The notes under the pieces are model-generated. The model saw nothing but the letters and a program-made list of their open reading frames with translations. It was not told the DNA's origin and made no database searches. Source: a bacterium (GTDB lineage: Bacteria; Cyanobacteriota; Vampirovibrionia; Obscuribacterales; JAKAZS01). Taken from it: a DNA stretch of 64,000 nucleotides. Positions 1-8,507 of the stretch are shown here, in pieces (the stretch's first letter is position 1; each line of letters starts with the position of its first letter). The stretch spans positions 58 to 64,057 of the forward strand of contig JAKAZS010000004.1 in assembly GCA_021815785.1 (NCBI GenBank). The letters run 5' to 3'. The translations under genes were made by a program, and so were the position numbers.

Positions 1-1
1 T

Positions 2-304
2 CCCCAAAATGGCACATCTTTATGGACAGACAATTGGTGCATCCCTAAGGGAGCTGCCAATATTGATCTAGCCTACAAATGGATTAATTTTATGCTTGAT
101 CCTCAAATTGCCAAAACCAATGCTATCTTTAATGGTTATTCAACAGCTAATCAAGCTGCTCTAAACATTATGCCCCAGGAAATTATTAATGACCAAAATT
201 TTTATCCAAACGATCAGGCTCTCGATAAATGCGAAGAATTAACTGATATTGGTGAATTTATTTATAAATACAATGATTTGTGGACCAAAATAAAATGTAG
301 TTAA
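2..304 (+). CDS. 3' end of a polyamine (spermidine/putrescine-type) ABC transporter periplasmic substrate-binding protein, PotD/PotF-like; 5' end lies outside the window
   Basis: The frame is open from the window edge. The tail WTDNWCIPKGAANIDLAYKWINFMLDPQIA resembles the conserved C-terminal region of PotD-family binding proteins. Stop codon at 302-304. Confidence 0.55.
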   Translation, partial: PQNGTSLWTDNWCIPKGAANIDLAYKWINFMLDPQIAKTNAIFNGYSTANQAALNIMPQEIINDQNFYPNDQALDKCEELTDIGEFIYKYNDLWTKIKCS

Positions 305-361
305 AAACTAGCTTTAACTACATTTTATTTATATGGAGATAATATATGACCGATTTAAAAT

Positions 362-544
362 TTAATTTTGAGCCGTTAAAGGGTTTAAAGGATCAAATAT
401 ATACATTTTTTCTAATTCCTCCCGATAGATTGGATTAGTCATTGCTTCAACTGAATATAATTCATCGGCAATGTAGCTGTATTCTTTATTCTTTAATTCC
501 TCTAATCTTTGGGCTAATTTTGTTATGAGTTTACCTTGTTCCAT
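362..544 (-). CDS. hypothetical small protein (60 aa)
   Basis: ORF only; charged, probably helical sequence with no recognisable motif. Confidence 0.3.
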   Translation of the reverse strand: MEQGKLITKLAQRLEELKNKEYSYIADELYSVEAMTNPIYREELEKMYIFDPLNPLTAQN

Positions 545-878
545 TAAATTGTTTGCCTTTCTAGTTTTATTTTTGAAGTGTTGCGTTGTAATTTTTAATT
601 ATTTAATAACATTTTTAATTTTAATCATATTAAAAAAAACAACAATACTTGACATTTGCCTTAAGCTAAACCGTGAGTAAATATAATCAGCATAATTTAG
701 ATATAAAACCAGGCAATAAAACCCATTTATTTTATAAACAATTGGATTATAATGGCTATGGTTTATGTTTATAGACAGGGAAGTTTAAATTCTATTTAAC
801 CTTTTATTACATATCTGTTACACATATTATTAGCCAAAATTATCAAGACAATCAAATGAAAAACCAACATAAATATAA

Positions 879-896
879 TTTGCCAAAAACAGACTA
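879..896. repeat. short intergenic repeat TTTGCCAAAAACAGACTA (identical to 48514-48531)
   Basis: Exact 18-mer match; it lies 24 nt downstream of the recR stop. Confidence 0.6.
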
Positions 897-919
897 GAAT
901 ATGGACTTGCAACTTAGAT

Positions 920-1519
920 TTAAACCACTTCCCGCCTACCCTCTAGCGCTCGCACTAACGTAATATCATCAGCTAATTCAAGATCTGATCCTACCGGCAA
1001 TCCAAAAGCAATCCGCGTAATTTTTAAATTTAAGTGTTTTAACAATTTATTTAAATAAAGTACCGTAGTATCACCTTCAATCGTAGGATTAATGGCCAGG
1101 ATAATTTCTTCAACGCTGCCATTACTTACGCGATTAATTAATTCATGAATTTTTAAATTCTCTGGACCAATATTGGCTAAAGGTGATATCAAACCATTTA
1201 AAACATGATAAAGACCACGAAATTCTCGGGTTTTTTCAAGGGCAATCACATCTTTTGAATCAGCAACAACACATAATGATTTTACTTCCCGACGCAGATT
1301 TGCACAAATTTCACAAGGATTTAAAGCTGATAAATAAAAACAGTTTTGACACGGTTTAACTTTTTCCTTGCATTCAACTATTGATCGAGCTAACGAAGTT
1401 ACTTCATTATAAGGCAGATTAAGTACAAAAAAAGCCATTCGTTGAGCTGATTTAGGACCAACCCCAGGGAATTTCTGGAATTCATCAATTAATTTTGCTA
1501 AAGGTTGAGTATAAAACAT
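920..1519 (-). CDS. recR: recombination protein RecR
   Basis: Helix-hairpin-helix FPGVGPKSAQRMAFF, C4 zinc finger CQNC...CEIC and a Toprim-like C-terminal half. The RecR-like N-terminus starts at MFYTQPLAKLI (ATG 1519); the track extension to 1588 looks spurious. Confidence 0.9.
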   Translation of the reverse strand: MFYTQPLAKLIDEFQKFPGVGPKSAQRMAFFVLNLPYNEVTSLARSIVECKEKVKPCQNCFYLSALNPCEICANLRREVKSLCVVADSKDVIALEKTREFRGLYHVLNGLISPLANIGPENLKIHELINRVSNGSVEEIILAINPTIEGDTTVLYLNKLLKHLNLKITRIAFGLPVGSDLELADDITLVRALEGRREVV

Positions 1520-1788
1520 ATATCCATTGAATTTAAATTGCTGCCATAAACATGAATTATAGCAAAATCCAAACAGATAATAAATCAAATTATCACCCGT
1601 ATAATTTAGGAATCCTGAAAAATTCCTTTACAACAATAAGATTAATGCTAACTTTTCACAAGTCACATTATTGACTAAGAAATGACAACAGCCACTTCAT
1701 TAAAGCTACCGTTACACAGTAACTTTCAAGAAGAATGGGTTTATTGACCTAGAAATCAATGGGCGTATTTTATCATAAGAGTTTAAAA

Positions 1789-2121
1789 CTAACTGCCAAA
1801 AGGAGGCATTATTGAACCTAATTTTGAATTCATGGCTTTTTGACCAATGTCAAGAACTTTATCACAAGCATCTTTAATAGCAATTAAAACTGTATCTTCA
1901 AGGGTTTCTACATCAGTACCGGCAAAAAATTCAGGGCTGATTTTAACATCACTAAACTCAAAGGTTCCGGAACAGGTAACTTTAACCGCTCCATTACCAG
2001 CACTGCCAACAACAGTTTTACCTGACAATTCATTTTGAGCCTGCATTACTTCATTTTGCATTTTTTGCATTGATTCCATCATTTTGCTAAAATCGGGCAT
2101 ATTACTTAAATCCATGTCCAT
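1789..2121 (-). CDS. ybaB: YbaB/EbfC family nucleoid-associated protein
   Basis: 110 aa with a Met/Gln-rich N-terminus (MMESMQKMQNEVMQAQ) and GSAGNGAVKVTCSG. It sits in the classic position upstream of recR. Confidence 0.85.
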   Translation of the reverse strand: MDMDLSNMPDFSKMMESMQKMQNEVMQAQNELSGKTVVGSAGNGAVKVTCSGTFEFSDVKISPEFFAGTDVETLEDTVLIAIKDACDKVLDIGQKAMNSKLGSIMPPFGS

Positions 2122-2319
2122 CTCCTTTAAAACTTAAATTCTTTTAATTTATATGCTTATTAAGCTTAGTATAACCTAATTGACAAAGTGAACCAATTAA
2201 ATTTGTCTTAAATCAATCTTAAATTATTCTTGATAAATTAGCTTTTACAACAATTTAACCCTAAAATATAATCTAGTAATACTCATTTTCATAAAATAAT
2301 GTTTTGAGGTTAAATTAAT

Positions 2320-2496
2320 ATGAATGAAGAAGATACAAATGTTGATTTAGATGATAAAGTCGAAAATGATTTATCCTTTAAAGATGGCTTTAATTTAGTC
2401 TTAAAGAAAGTTTTAAGAAGACTTGTTTTGTTTATTTCTTTTGGTCCGGGGGTTTTAGGATTTATATGGCTAATCGGTCGCCTCTTCAAGCGTTAA
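2320..2496 (+). CDS. possible small membrane protein (58 aa), not in the ORF track
   Basis: ATG at 2320 is preceded by GAGG at 2306-2309. It translates to MNEEDTNVDLDDKVENDLSFKDGFNLVLKKVLRRLVLFISFGPGVLGFIWLIGRLFKR, an acidic head plus one hydrophobic helix. It overlaps the start of the next gene by 31 nt. Confidence 0.25.
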   Translation: MNEEDTNVDLDDKVENDLSFKDGFNLVLKKVLRRLVLFISFGPGVLGFIWLIGRLFKR

Positions 2497-3341
2497 GCAC
2501 TTTACTGCGCAGTGATCCGATAAGCTATTTAAAGCAAGACCGACCACTGTATTACGAAAAATACCAAAAAGATGACGACAAATATGGCTACAGCCTTAGA
2601 ACCCTAGCTCATTGTGAGCCATTTTTTCAATATTGTTTTGAAGAATATTTTAAAATTCAATTGACTGGTATTGAAAACATACCAAGTACTGGTTCGGGGA
2701 TTCTGGTCGGCAACCATTCGGGAATGCTGCCAATTGATGCAGTCATGATGACGATGGCCATGTGCAAATTACATCCAAGTCCAAGACGAGTTCGTTATTT
2801 AATCACCAATTTCTTCTTAAAAGTACCAGGATTATCCAATTGGATGCAGGAAACTGGTCAAGTTCGGGCGACGCTTGAAAATGCCACTAATCTAATTAAC
2901 GAAGGTGAATTAATTGGGATTTACCCTGAAGGCATTCGCGGAGTTTCCAAAACCTTTCAACACCGATACCGCTTAATTGATTTTAATCCAGGCTTTGTTA
3001 AATTAGCGATTACGCACCAAATCCCCATAATTCCCATATCAACTCTTGGTGGTGATGAAATTTTCATCAATGTCAAGAATTTAAACAGTGTAGCCAGGTT
3101 GGTTAAAATGCCATTTTTCCCTGTCACCCAAGTATTCCCATGGTTACCGTTCCCTTTAATGTTTTTACCTTTACCGGTTCAATGGCAAATAAAAATTCAT
3201 AAACCAATTCATTTAAATATTGACCCAAGCCAAGCCCACAATCGCCATTTAATTTTAAAAATAGCCCGCGAAATTCAATATACAATTCAAAAAGATTTAA
3301 ATGAAATGTATGCTAAACGCAAATCTCTCATAAACAACTAG
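2466..3341 (+). CDS. PlsC/LPLAT-superfamily acyltransferase (possibly the MGAT/DGAT2-like subgroup)
   Basis: Motif I-like VGNHSGMLPID, motif III-like IYPEGIRG, and a C-terminal FPWLPFP block. AGGA lies 5 nt upstream of the ATG. Confidence 0.7.
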   Translation: MANRSPLQALSTLLRSDPISYLKQDRPLYYEKYQKDDDKYGYSLRTLAHCEPFFQYCFEEYFKIQLTGIENIPSTGSGILVGNHSGMLPIDAVMMTMAMCKLHPSPRRVRYLITNFFLKVPGLSNWMQETGQVRATLENATNLINEGELIGIYPEGIRGVSKTFQHRYRLIDFNPGFVKLAITHQIPIIPISTLGGDEIFINVKNLNSVARLVKMPFFPVTQVFPWLPFPLMFLPLPVQWQIKIHKPIHLNIDPSQAHNRHLILKIAREIQYTIQKDLNEMYAKRKSLINN

Positions 3342-3359
3342 TTTCGGAGCAAAGCCTTA

Positions 3360-4163
3360 ATGTCAAAATTTACCCACACCCAAAAAGAATTTATCCGCCA
3401 AACTTTAAACACGCCAAATTTATTTGATTTTGATTTAAAAACCTATGTTAAAGCCCAGGCTTTTTTAGGTTTTTTTTATCATAACTGGTTTAAGGTTAAC
3501 TTTATTAACTTAGATCATATTAGCCCCGACAAACCCTGTCTAATCGTCGGCAACACTAGTTCGATAATTCCTTGGCCAGCTTTAATGTTTTCCTATGCAG
3601 CCATGAATCAATTGGGACGCAGAGTCAATATAGCTTATGACTTAGATAGTTTTGAAGATGAACGCATTTGTACTTTGGCTCGTGAAATTGGGTTTGTGCC
3701 ATTTTCTAACGATAATTTAAAGAAACTGTTTAGTCAAAATGAAATCGTAATTGTCTTTCCAGAAGCTAAGCAGGCAATCAATAAACCATTGTCAATGACT
3801 AATCGTCTTTATAGCTTTGACTGGACTTTAACCTTACCAGCTATTGAACATGGGGTTAATATTTATCCCTTAACTACGGTAGGCTGCGATGAATCAAGTC
3901 CCACTTATTTTAACTTAAACGAATTAGCTGAATATTTAGACATACCTTCATTTCCCATTACCCCATTTTTCCCTTGGCTACCATTTCCCTTTAACTTTCT
4001 GGCCTTACCTAAAAAATGGCAAATGAAAATTGGCCGAAATATTGATTACAGTGATAAGCCTAAGAATGATAAAAATGCCATTCAAGAAACCGCTAAATGG
4101 GTTAGCTTTATGCTTGAAGGTGACATACAGTCAGAAATCAATCGAATTTTACGCATGCGTTAA
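3360..4163 (+). CDS. acyltransferase-like paralog with degenerate catalytic motifs
   Basis: Aligns colinearly with the preceding gene (VGNTSSIIPWPA vs VGNHSGMLPIDA; VFPEAKQA vs IYPEGIRG). Both share the FPWLPFP..LP..WQ.KI block. Confidence 0.6.
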   Translation: MSKFTHTQKEFIRQTLNTPNLFDFDLKTYVKAQAFLGFFYHNWFKVNFINLDHISPDKPCLIVGNTSSIIPWPALMFSYAAMNQLGRRVNIAYDLDSFEDERICTLAREIGFVPFSNDNLKKLFSQNEIVIVFPEAKQAINKPLSMTNRLYSFDWTLTLPAIEHGVNIYPLTTVGCDESSPTYFNLNELAEYLDIPSFPITPFFPWLPFPFNFLALPKKWQMKIGRNIDYSDKPKNDKNAIQETAKWVSFMLEGDIQSEINRILRMR

Positions 4164-4366
4164 AACTATCGCTAGGGCTAACTAATTTTATCTAAAAAAA
4201 TAAGGGTGGGCAATCGTTAAAAATTTATTGTTTATCCCACCGGCTTAAGCCAAAATTTAACCGCTCATTTAGATTAGACTTAAGTAATTTAAACTGAGTT
4301 GGCAAATAACAATTATTTGCTAAAATAGATAAATCTTTTTTTTAATCATTAAAGTTGTCAAGGAAT

Positions 4367-5536
4367 ATGTTGATCAAGCAAAAATTATTTAATTTATTTT
4401 TTTTAATTACTATTCTGTTTTTAAACATCAATGTAAAAGCTAAAAATCTTAACGGTAGTAATACTGGTTCACTGGCAACACCTCAGTGCAATTTTAGTAC
4501 TGCTGTCAATAAGAACAAACATTCTGGTAGCAACACTGATTCATTGGCCACACCTCAGTCTAGCAGCTACTTTCGCAACAATATCACCTTAGATCAGTAC
4601 ACAAAATTCTGGACTCAATCACAAGAAAGCCTAACGCCAAGCTTAGTTACCGCTAATACCCCTTACGTATATCACTGGGGCAATTTAAACAATAAGCCCA
4701 AAGCCATTATCTTTTGCATTCACGGACTTACGATTCACGGTTATGCCTATCGTGGCATTGGTGATTTTTTAGCCAGTCATGACTATTTAGTTATATGCGC
4801 AGATCAACATGGATTTGGTCGGTTCTATAATAATTTAGATAAAAACTTGCAAGACCGCAAACTTGAATATTATGACGTGCTTAACGATTTTGAAATTCTA
4901 GTAAAAAAAATTCGCAAACTTTATCCATCAACCAAACTCTTCTGTATGGGTGAAAGTACTGGTGGCCACTTAACCCTGCGTTTTGGCTGTAAACACCCAG
5001 ATCTGGTTGATGGCCTAATTATTTCTAGCGCTTCAATGAAAACCAAAATCCCAAAACCATCTTTACTCTTTGGTACCGGCAGCCAGATTTTACGCCACCC
5101 ATTTGGTCAAATTGATTTAACCAAATTTATTGGTCAAACGATGTCTGAAGATCCTAAAACAGTTACTGAACGCATGAACGATCCGCTGGGTCGCAATTAT
5201 TTAAGTATTGAAGAAATATCTAAATACCTCTGGCTTAGCGCTCGAACCAAGCCTTTTGTTAATAAAATCCCTGCCGATTTACCAGTTTTAATTTTACAAG
5301 GTGAAATTGATTCAATATATGCTCCCCAAGGATCTATTGAAATAGCTAAACTTTTAAAATCTAAAGATAAAACTTTAAAATTACTACCCAATAGTGGCCA
5401 TGTCCTTTTAGAAACCAAATACATTAAACCCCAAACAGCTCAAACCATTCTAACCTGGCTAAATAAACACTGTCAGGCACCAGCAACAGACACCAGTTTA
5501 TCCTTAGGAGATCAACATGGCAAAACCAATGATTGA
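4367..5536 (+). CDS. secreted or membrane-anchored alpha/beta hydrolase (lysophospholipase/monoacylglycerol-lipase-like)
   Basis: Hydrophobic N-terminal signal (LFNLFFLITILFLNINVKA), HG oxyanion motif (CIHGLTIHG), nucleophile elbow GESTGGH, and late D and H residues (GEIDS, SGHVLL). I prefer the ATG at 4367 over the TTG at 4355. Confidence 0.7.
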   Translation: MLIKQKLFNLFFLITILFLNINVKAKNLNGSNTGSLATPQCNFSTAVNKNKHSGSNTDSLATPQSSSYFRNNITLDQYTKFWTQSQESLTPSLVTANTPYVYHWGNLNNKPKAIIFCIHGLTIHGYAYRGIGDFLASHDYLVICADQHGFGRFYNNLDKNLQDRKLEYYDVLNDFEILVKKIRKLYPSTKLFCMGESTGGHLTLRFGCKHPDLVDGLIISSASMKTKIPKPSLLFGTGSQILRHPFGQIDLTKFIGQTMSEDPKTVTERMNDPLGRNYLSIEEISKYLWLSARTKPFVNKIPADLPVLILQGEIDSIYAPQGSIEIAKLLKSKDKTLKLLPNSGHVLLETKYIKPQTAQTILTWLNKHCQAPATDTSLSLGDQHGKTND

Positions 5537-6215
5537 TATTAATGCCAACCTAAAATTTCAAGGTTATTTAGCACTACCTGAATCAGGCTCGGGACCAGGT
5601 TTATTGTTAATTCAAGAAATATTTGGCGTCAATAATCATATCCGAAACGTAGCGGATAATTACGCCAAACAAGGCTATGTGGTATTAGCACCGGATTTGT
5701 TCTTTAGACTTGAGCCTGGCTTTACATCTGGTTATGAACCAACTGAAATGACCAAAGCCTTTAAATATTACCAAGAATTTAACGAAGAATTAGGGCTAAT
5801 TGATTTGCAAGAAGCTTTAACCTATTTAAAAAATTTACCTTACTGTACAGGCAAGCTTGCCGTTTTAGGTTATTGCCTAGGTGGCAAATTGGCTTATCGC
5901 TTGGCTACAAAATCAAAAGATATTGCTGCAGCCGTATCGTATTATGGTGGCGGCATTGATAATTTCTTAAATGACATTGACAATCTAAATTGTCCGATAA
6001 TTTTCCACTTTGGCGCTAAAGATAGCCATATTCCACTGTCGTCAGTTACACAAATTAAAGAGGCAATCAAACACAAAAACTCTTGCAATGTATATATTTA
6101 CGATGCGGATCATGGCTTTAACTGTAATGAACGTGGTAGTTATGATGCCTCATCGGCTCAAATTGCCTTTGAGCGCTCTTTGAGTTTTATGCAAAGCATA
6201 ACTGGTTCAGCTTAA
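5517..6215 (+). CDS. dienelactone hydrolase family protein (carboxymethylenebutenolidase-like)
   Basis: Cys nucleophile elbow GYCLGG and C-terminal DADHGF; the size is typical for the family. Overlaps the previous gene by 20 nt. Confidence 0.8.
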   Translation: MAKPMIDINANLKFQGYLALPESGSGPGLLLIQEIFGVNNHIRNVADNYAKQGYVVLAPDLFFRLEPGFTSGYEPTEMTKAFKYYQEFNEELGLIDLQEALTYLKNLPYCTGKLAVLGYCLGGKLAYRLATKSKDIAAAVSYYGGGIDNFLNDIDNLNCPIIFHFGAKDSHIPLSSVTQIKEAIKHKNSCNVYIYDADHGFNCNERGSYDASSAQIAFERSLSFMQSITGSA

Positions 6216-6658
6216 AATTAAAAAGCTTAAAAGACAACCACAACCAATATGAGTATGACAAACCGAATCTCGAAACGCTACTAACAACAATGACCCAAGA
6301 CCGCTAGGTCAACCATATTCTCACGATTTGATTAATATTTTATCACTTTTTAATCACGGTCCGTTTTTGTTGAGCCAAAATTGACCTTCCCAATATATAT
6401 ACATAAATTCAATCCAACAAAGCGACGGCACTTGTCAACCAATACTGAATTCAAAACATATGCATTTTATTATTTCCATGTTATTCTAATGTATATAATT
6501 TTTCTTTAATATCCAATTATTCTTAAATTCATTGGTTAACCGAAAAGTTATATTATAATTTCATATAACACCCATAAATATTAGGTGAACGCATCTAAGT
6601 AAGTATTTTACTGCTTTGCTTGGCATAAAAATCAACTTAGCTTTAAAGGATAATAAAC

Positions 6659-8452
6659 ATGAGTAAAAATATTCCTACTTTAAATTCTGCTTCTGTAAAT
6701 ATTGATCATATTCCCAAGGAATTGAGCGATGACATTATTAAGAAATTCCCACTTAGCGCCAACCTTACTGATTATCAAACGCTTTACGATACCTTTAATT
6801 ATGATAAATCCTTAACCAACGAAATCGTTTATTATGCAGATGGCAGTATTAACGTAGCCTATAATACAATTGACCGTCATCTGGTTAACGGTCGCAAAAA
6901 CAAAGTGGCTATATATGCAATTGATAAAAACGCCACCGTAAAAAAATATACTTATTTAGATTTATTTAATTTAAGCAATCAGGTCGCTAATGCCCTAGTT
7001 AAACTCGGCGTAAAAAAAGGTGACCGAGTTTTTATATTTTTACCGCGAATTATTGAAACCTATACAGTTACATTAGCATTAGCCCGTATTGGCGCTATTG
7101 TCGGACCGCTTTTTTCAGCCTTTGGTCCAGATGCCCTTAAAGACCGACTGAGTGATAGTGGTGCCAAAATCCTAATTACCGATACCAATCTTAAAAGCCG
7201 AATTGATTCCATAAAATCCGACTTGCCCAATCTAGAGTCAATCGTAATTGTTGCAGGTAATCAGGCTAATTTAAATGCAAACGAATACTCATTTGAAGCC
7301 ATAACGCACAATGAGTCAACTGTTTTCAATAATGCGCATATGCAATTAGAAGATCCATTATACATCTTATATACTTCAGGTACAACGGGTAAACCTAAAG
7401 GAGTAGTGCACGTTCATAACGATCTTAAAAGCCAGCATATGACAACAAAATGGGTGCTCGATTTACGTGACGATGATATTTACTGGTGTACAGCTGATCC
7501 GGGCTGGGTTACGGGAATGGTTTATGGTATTTATGGCCCATTAAGTAATGGTGCTTCAATGGTCTGTTTTGAATCAGGCTTCAGTGCTAAATTGTGGTAT
7601 CAGACCCTGCAAGATCTTAATGTTACAGTTTGGTATACATCGCCAACAGCCTTAAGAATGCTCATGAAAGAAGGTGATGCTTTAGTTAGGCAATATAATT
7701 TAAATTCATTAAGACATATTTTAAGTGTGGGCGAGCCCTTAAATCCTGAAGTTATTCGTTGGGGGATGCAAGTATTTCGCTTGCCGATTCACGACAACTG
7801 GTGGCAAACTGAAACTGGTGCCCAGATGATTAGTAATTTACCATGTCTACCAATAAAACCTGGCTCCATGGGTAAACCATTGCCAGGAATTTATGCCGCT
7901 ATCGTTGACGATGAAGGCAATGAGCTTGAAGTTGGGCATCTTGGCAAATTAGTAGTTAAACCAAACTGGCCATCAATGTTTCGAACGGTGTGGCGTGATC
8001 CTGAACGCTATAATGAATATTTTAAGATAGCTAATTGGTACTTCACCGGTGATAATGCCTGGATAGATACTGATGGCTATTTTTGGTTTGTCGGTCGAGC
8101 GGACGATGTAATTAATACAGCTGGTCACCGTGTTGGCCCCTTTGAAGTTGAATCAGCGCTTCTAGAACATGAATATGTAGTTGAAGCAGGCGTTATTGGA
8201 ATTCCTGACGAAGAGCGCGGTGAAATTATTAAAGCTTTCATTGTATTAAAAGATGGTATTAAAGCTAATGAAGAAATCTTAAAAAACATCAAAGACTTTA
8301 TAAAAAAACAACTAGCCTTTCATGCCTATCCCCGTGAAATTGAAGTAAGATCCAAACTACCCAAAACCAGGTCCGGCAAAATTATGCGTCGCCTTCTTAA
8401 AGCCGAGGAACTTGGCTTGCCGCTTGGGGATCTTACTGGTCTGGAAGATTAA
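6659..8452 (+). CDS. acs: AMP-forming acetyl-CoA synthetase (acetate--CoA ligase) family
   Basis: AMP-binding motif YTSGTTGKPKG, Acs-like N-terminus INVAYNTIDRHL, and C-terminal PKTRSGKIMRRLLK. Confidence 0.75.
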   Translation: MSKNIPTLNSASVNIDHIPKELSDDIIKKFPLSANLTDYQTLYDTFNYDKSLTNEIVYYADGSINVAYNTIDRHLVNGRKNKVAIYAIDKNATVKKYTYLDLFNLSNQVANALVKLGVKKGDRVFIFLPRIIETYTVTLALARIGAIVGPLFSAFGPDALKDRLSDSGAKILITDTNLKSRIDSIKSDLPNLESIVIVAGNQANLNANEYSFEAITHNESTVFNNAHMQLEDPLYILYTSGTTGKPKGVVHVHNDLKSQHMTTKWVLDLRDDDIYWCTADPGWVTGMVYGIYGPLSNGASMVCFESGFSAKLWYQTLQDLNVTVWYTSPTALRMLMKEGDALVRQYNLNSLRHILSVGEPLNPEVIRWGMQVFRLPIHDNWWQTETGAQMISNLPCLPIKPGSMGKPLPGIYAAIVDDEGNELEVGHLGKLVVKPNWPSMFRTVWRDPERYNEYFKIANWYFTGDNAWIDTDGYFWFVGRADDVINTAGHRVGPFEVESALLEHEYVVEAGVIGIPDEERGEIIKAFIVLKDGIKANEEILKNIKDFIKKQLAFHAYPREIEVRSKLPKTRSGKIMRRLLKAEELGLPLGDLTGLED

Positions 8453-8507
8453 TATGTAAGGATAAAGTAAAAATACTCACATCAATAATTCAAGGTAAAT
8501 AATTTAA

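Noticed and set aside
1520-1588. 23-codon N-terminal extension of recR in the ORF track
   Set aside because: RecR homologs begin close to the helix-hairpin-helix. The extension (MIYYLFGFCYNSCLWQQFKFNGY) looks like read-through of upstream AT-rich DNA.
4301-4321. TTGGCAAATAACAATTATTTGC upstream of the hydrolase gene, considered as a sigma-54 -24/-12 promoter
   Set aside because: The GG and GC elements are 18 nt apart instead of the required ~11 nt. It is better described as an 8-bp inverted repeat (GCAAATAA / TTATTTGC) of unknown significance.
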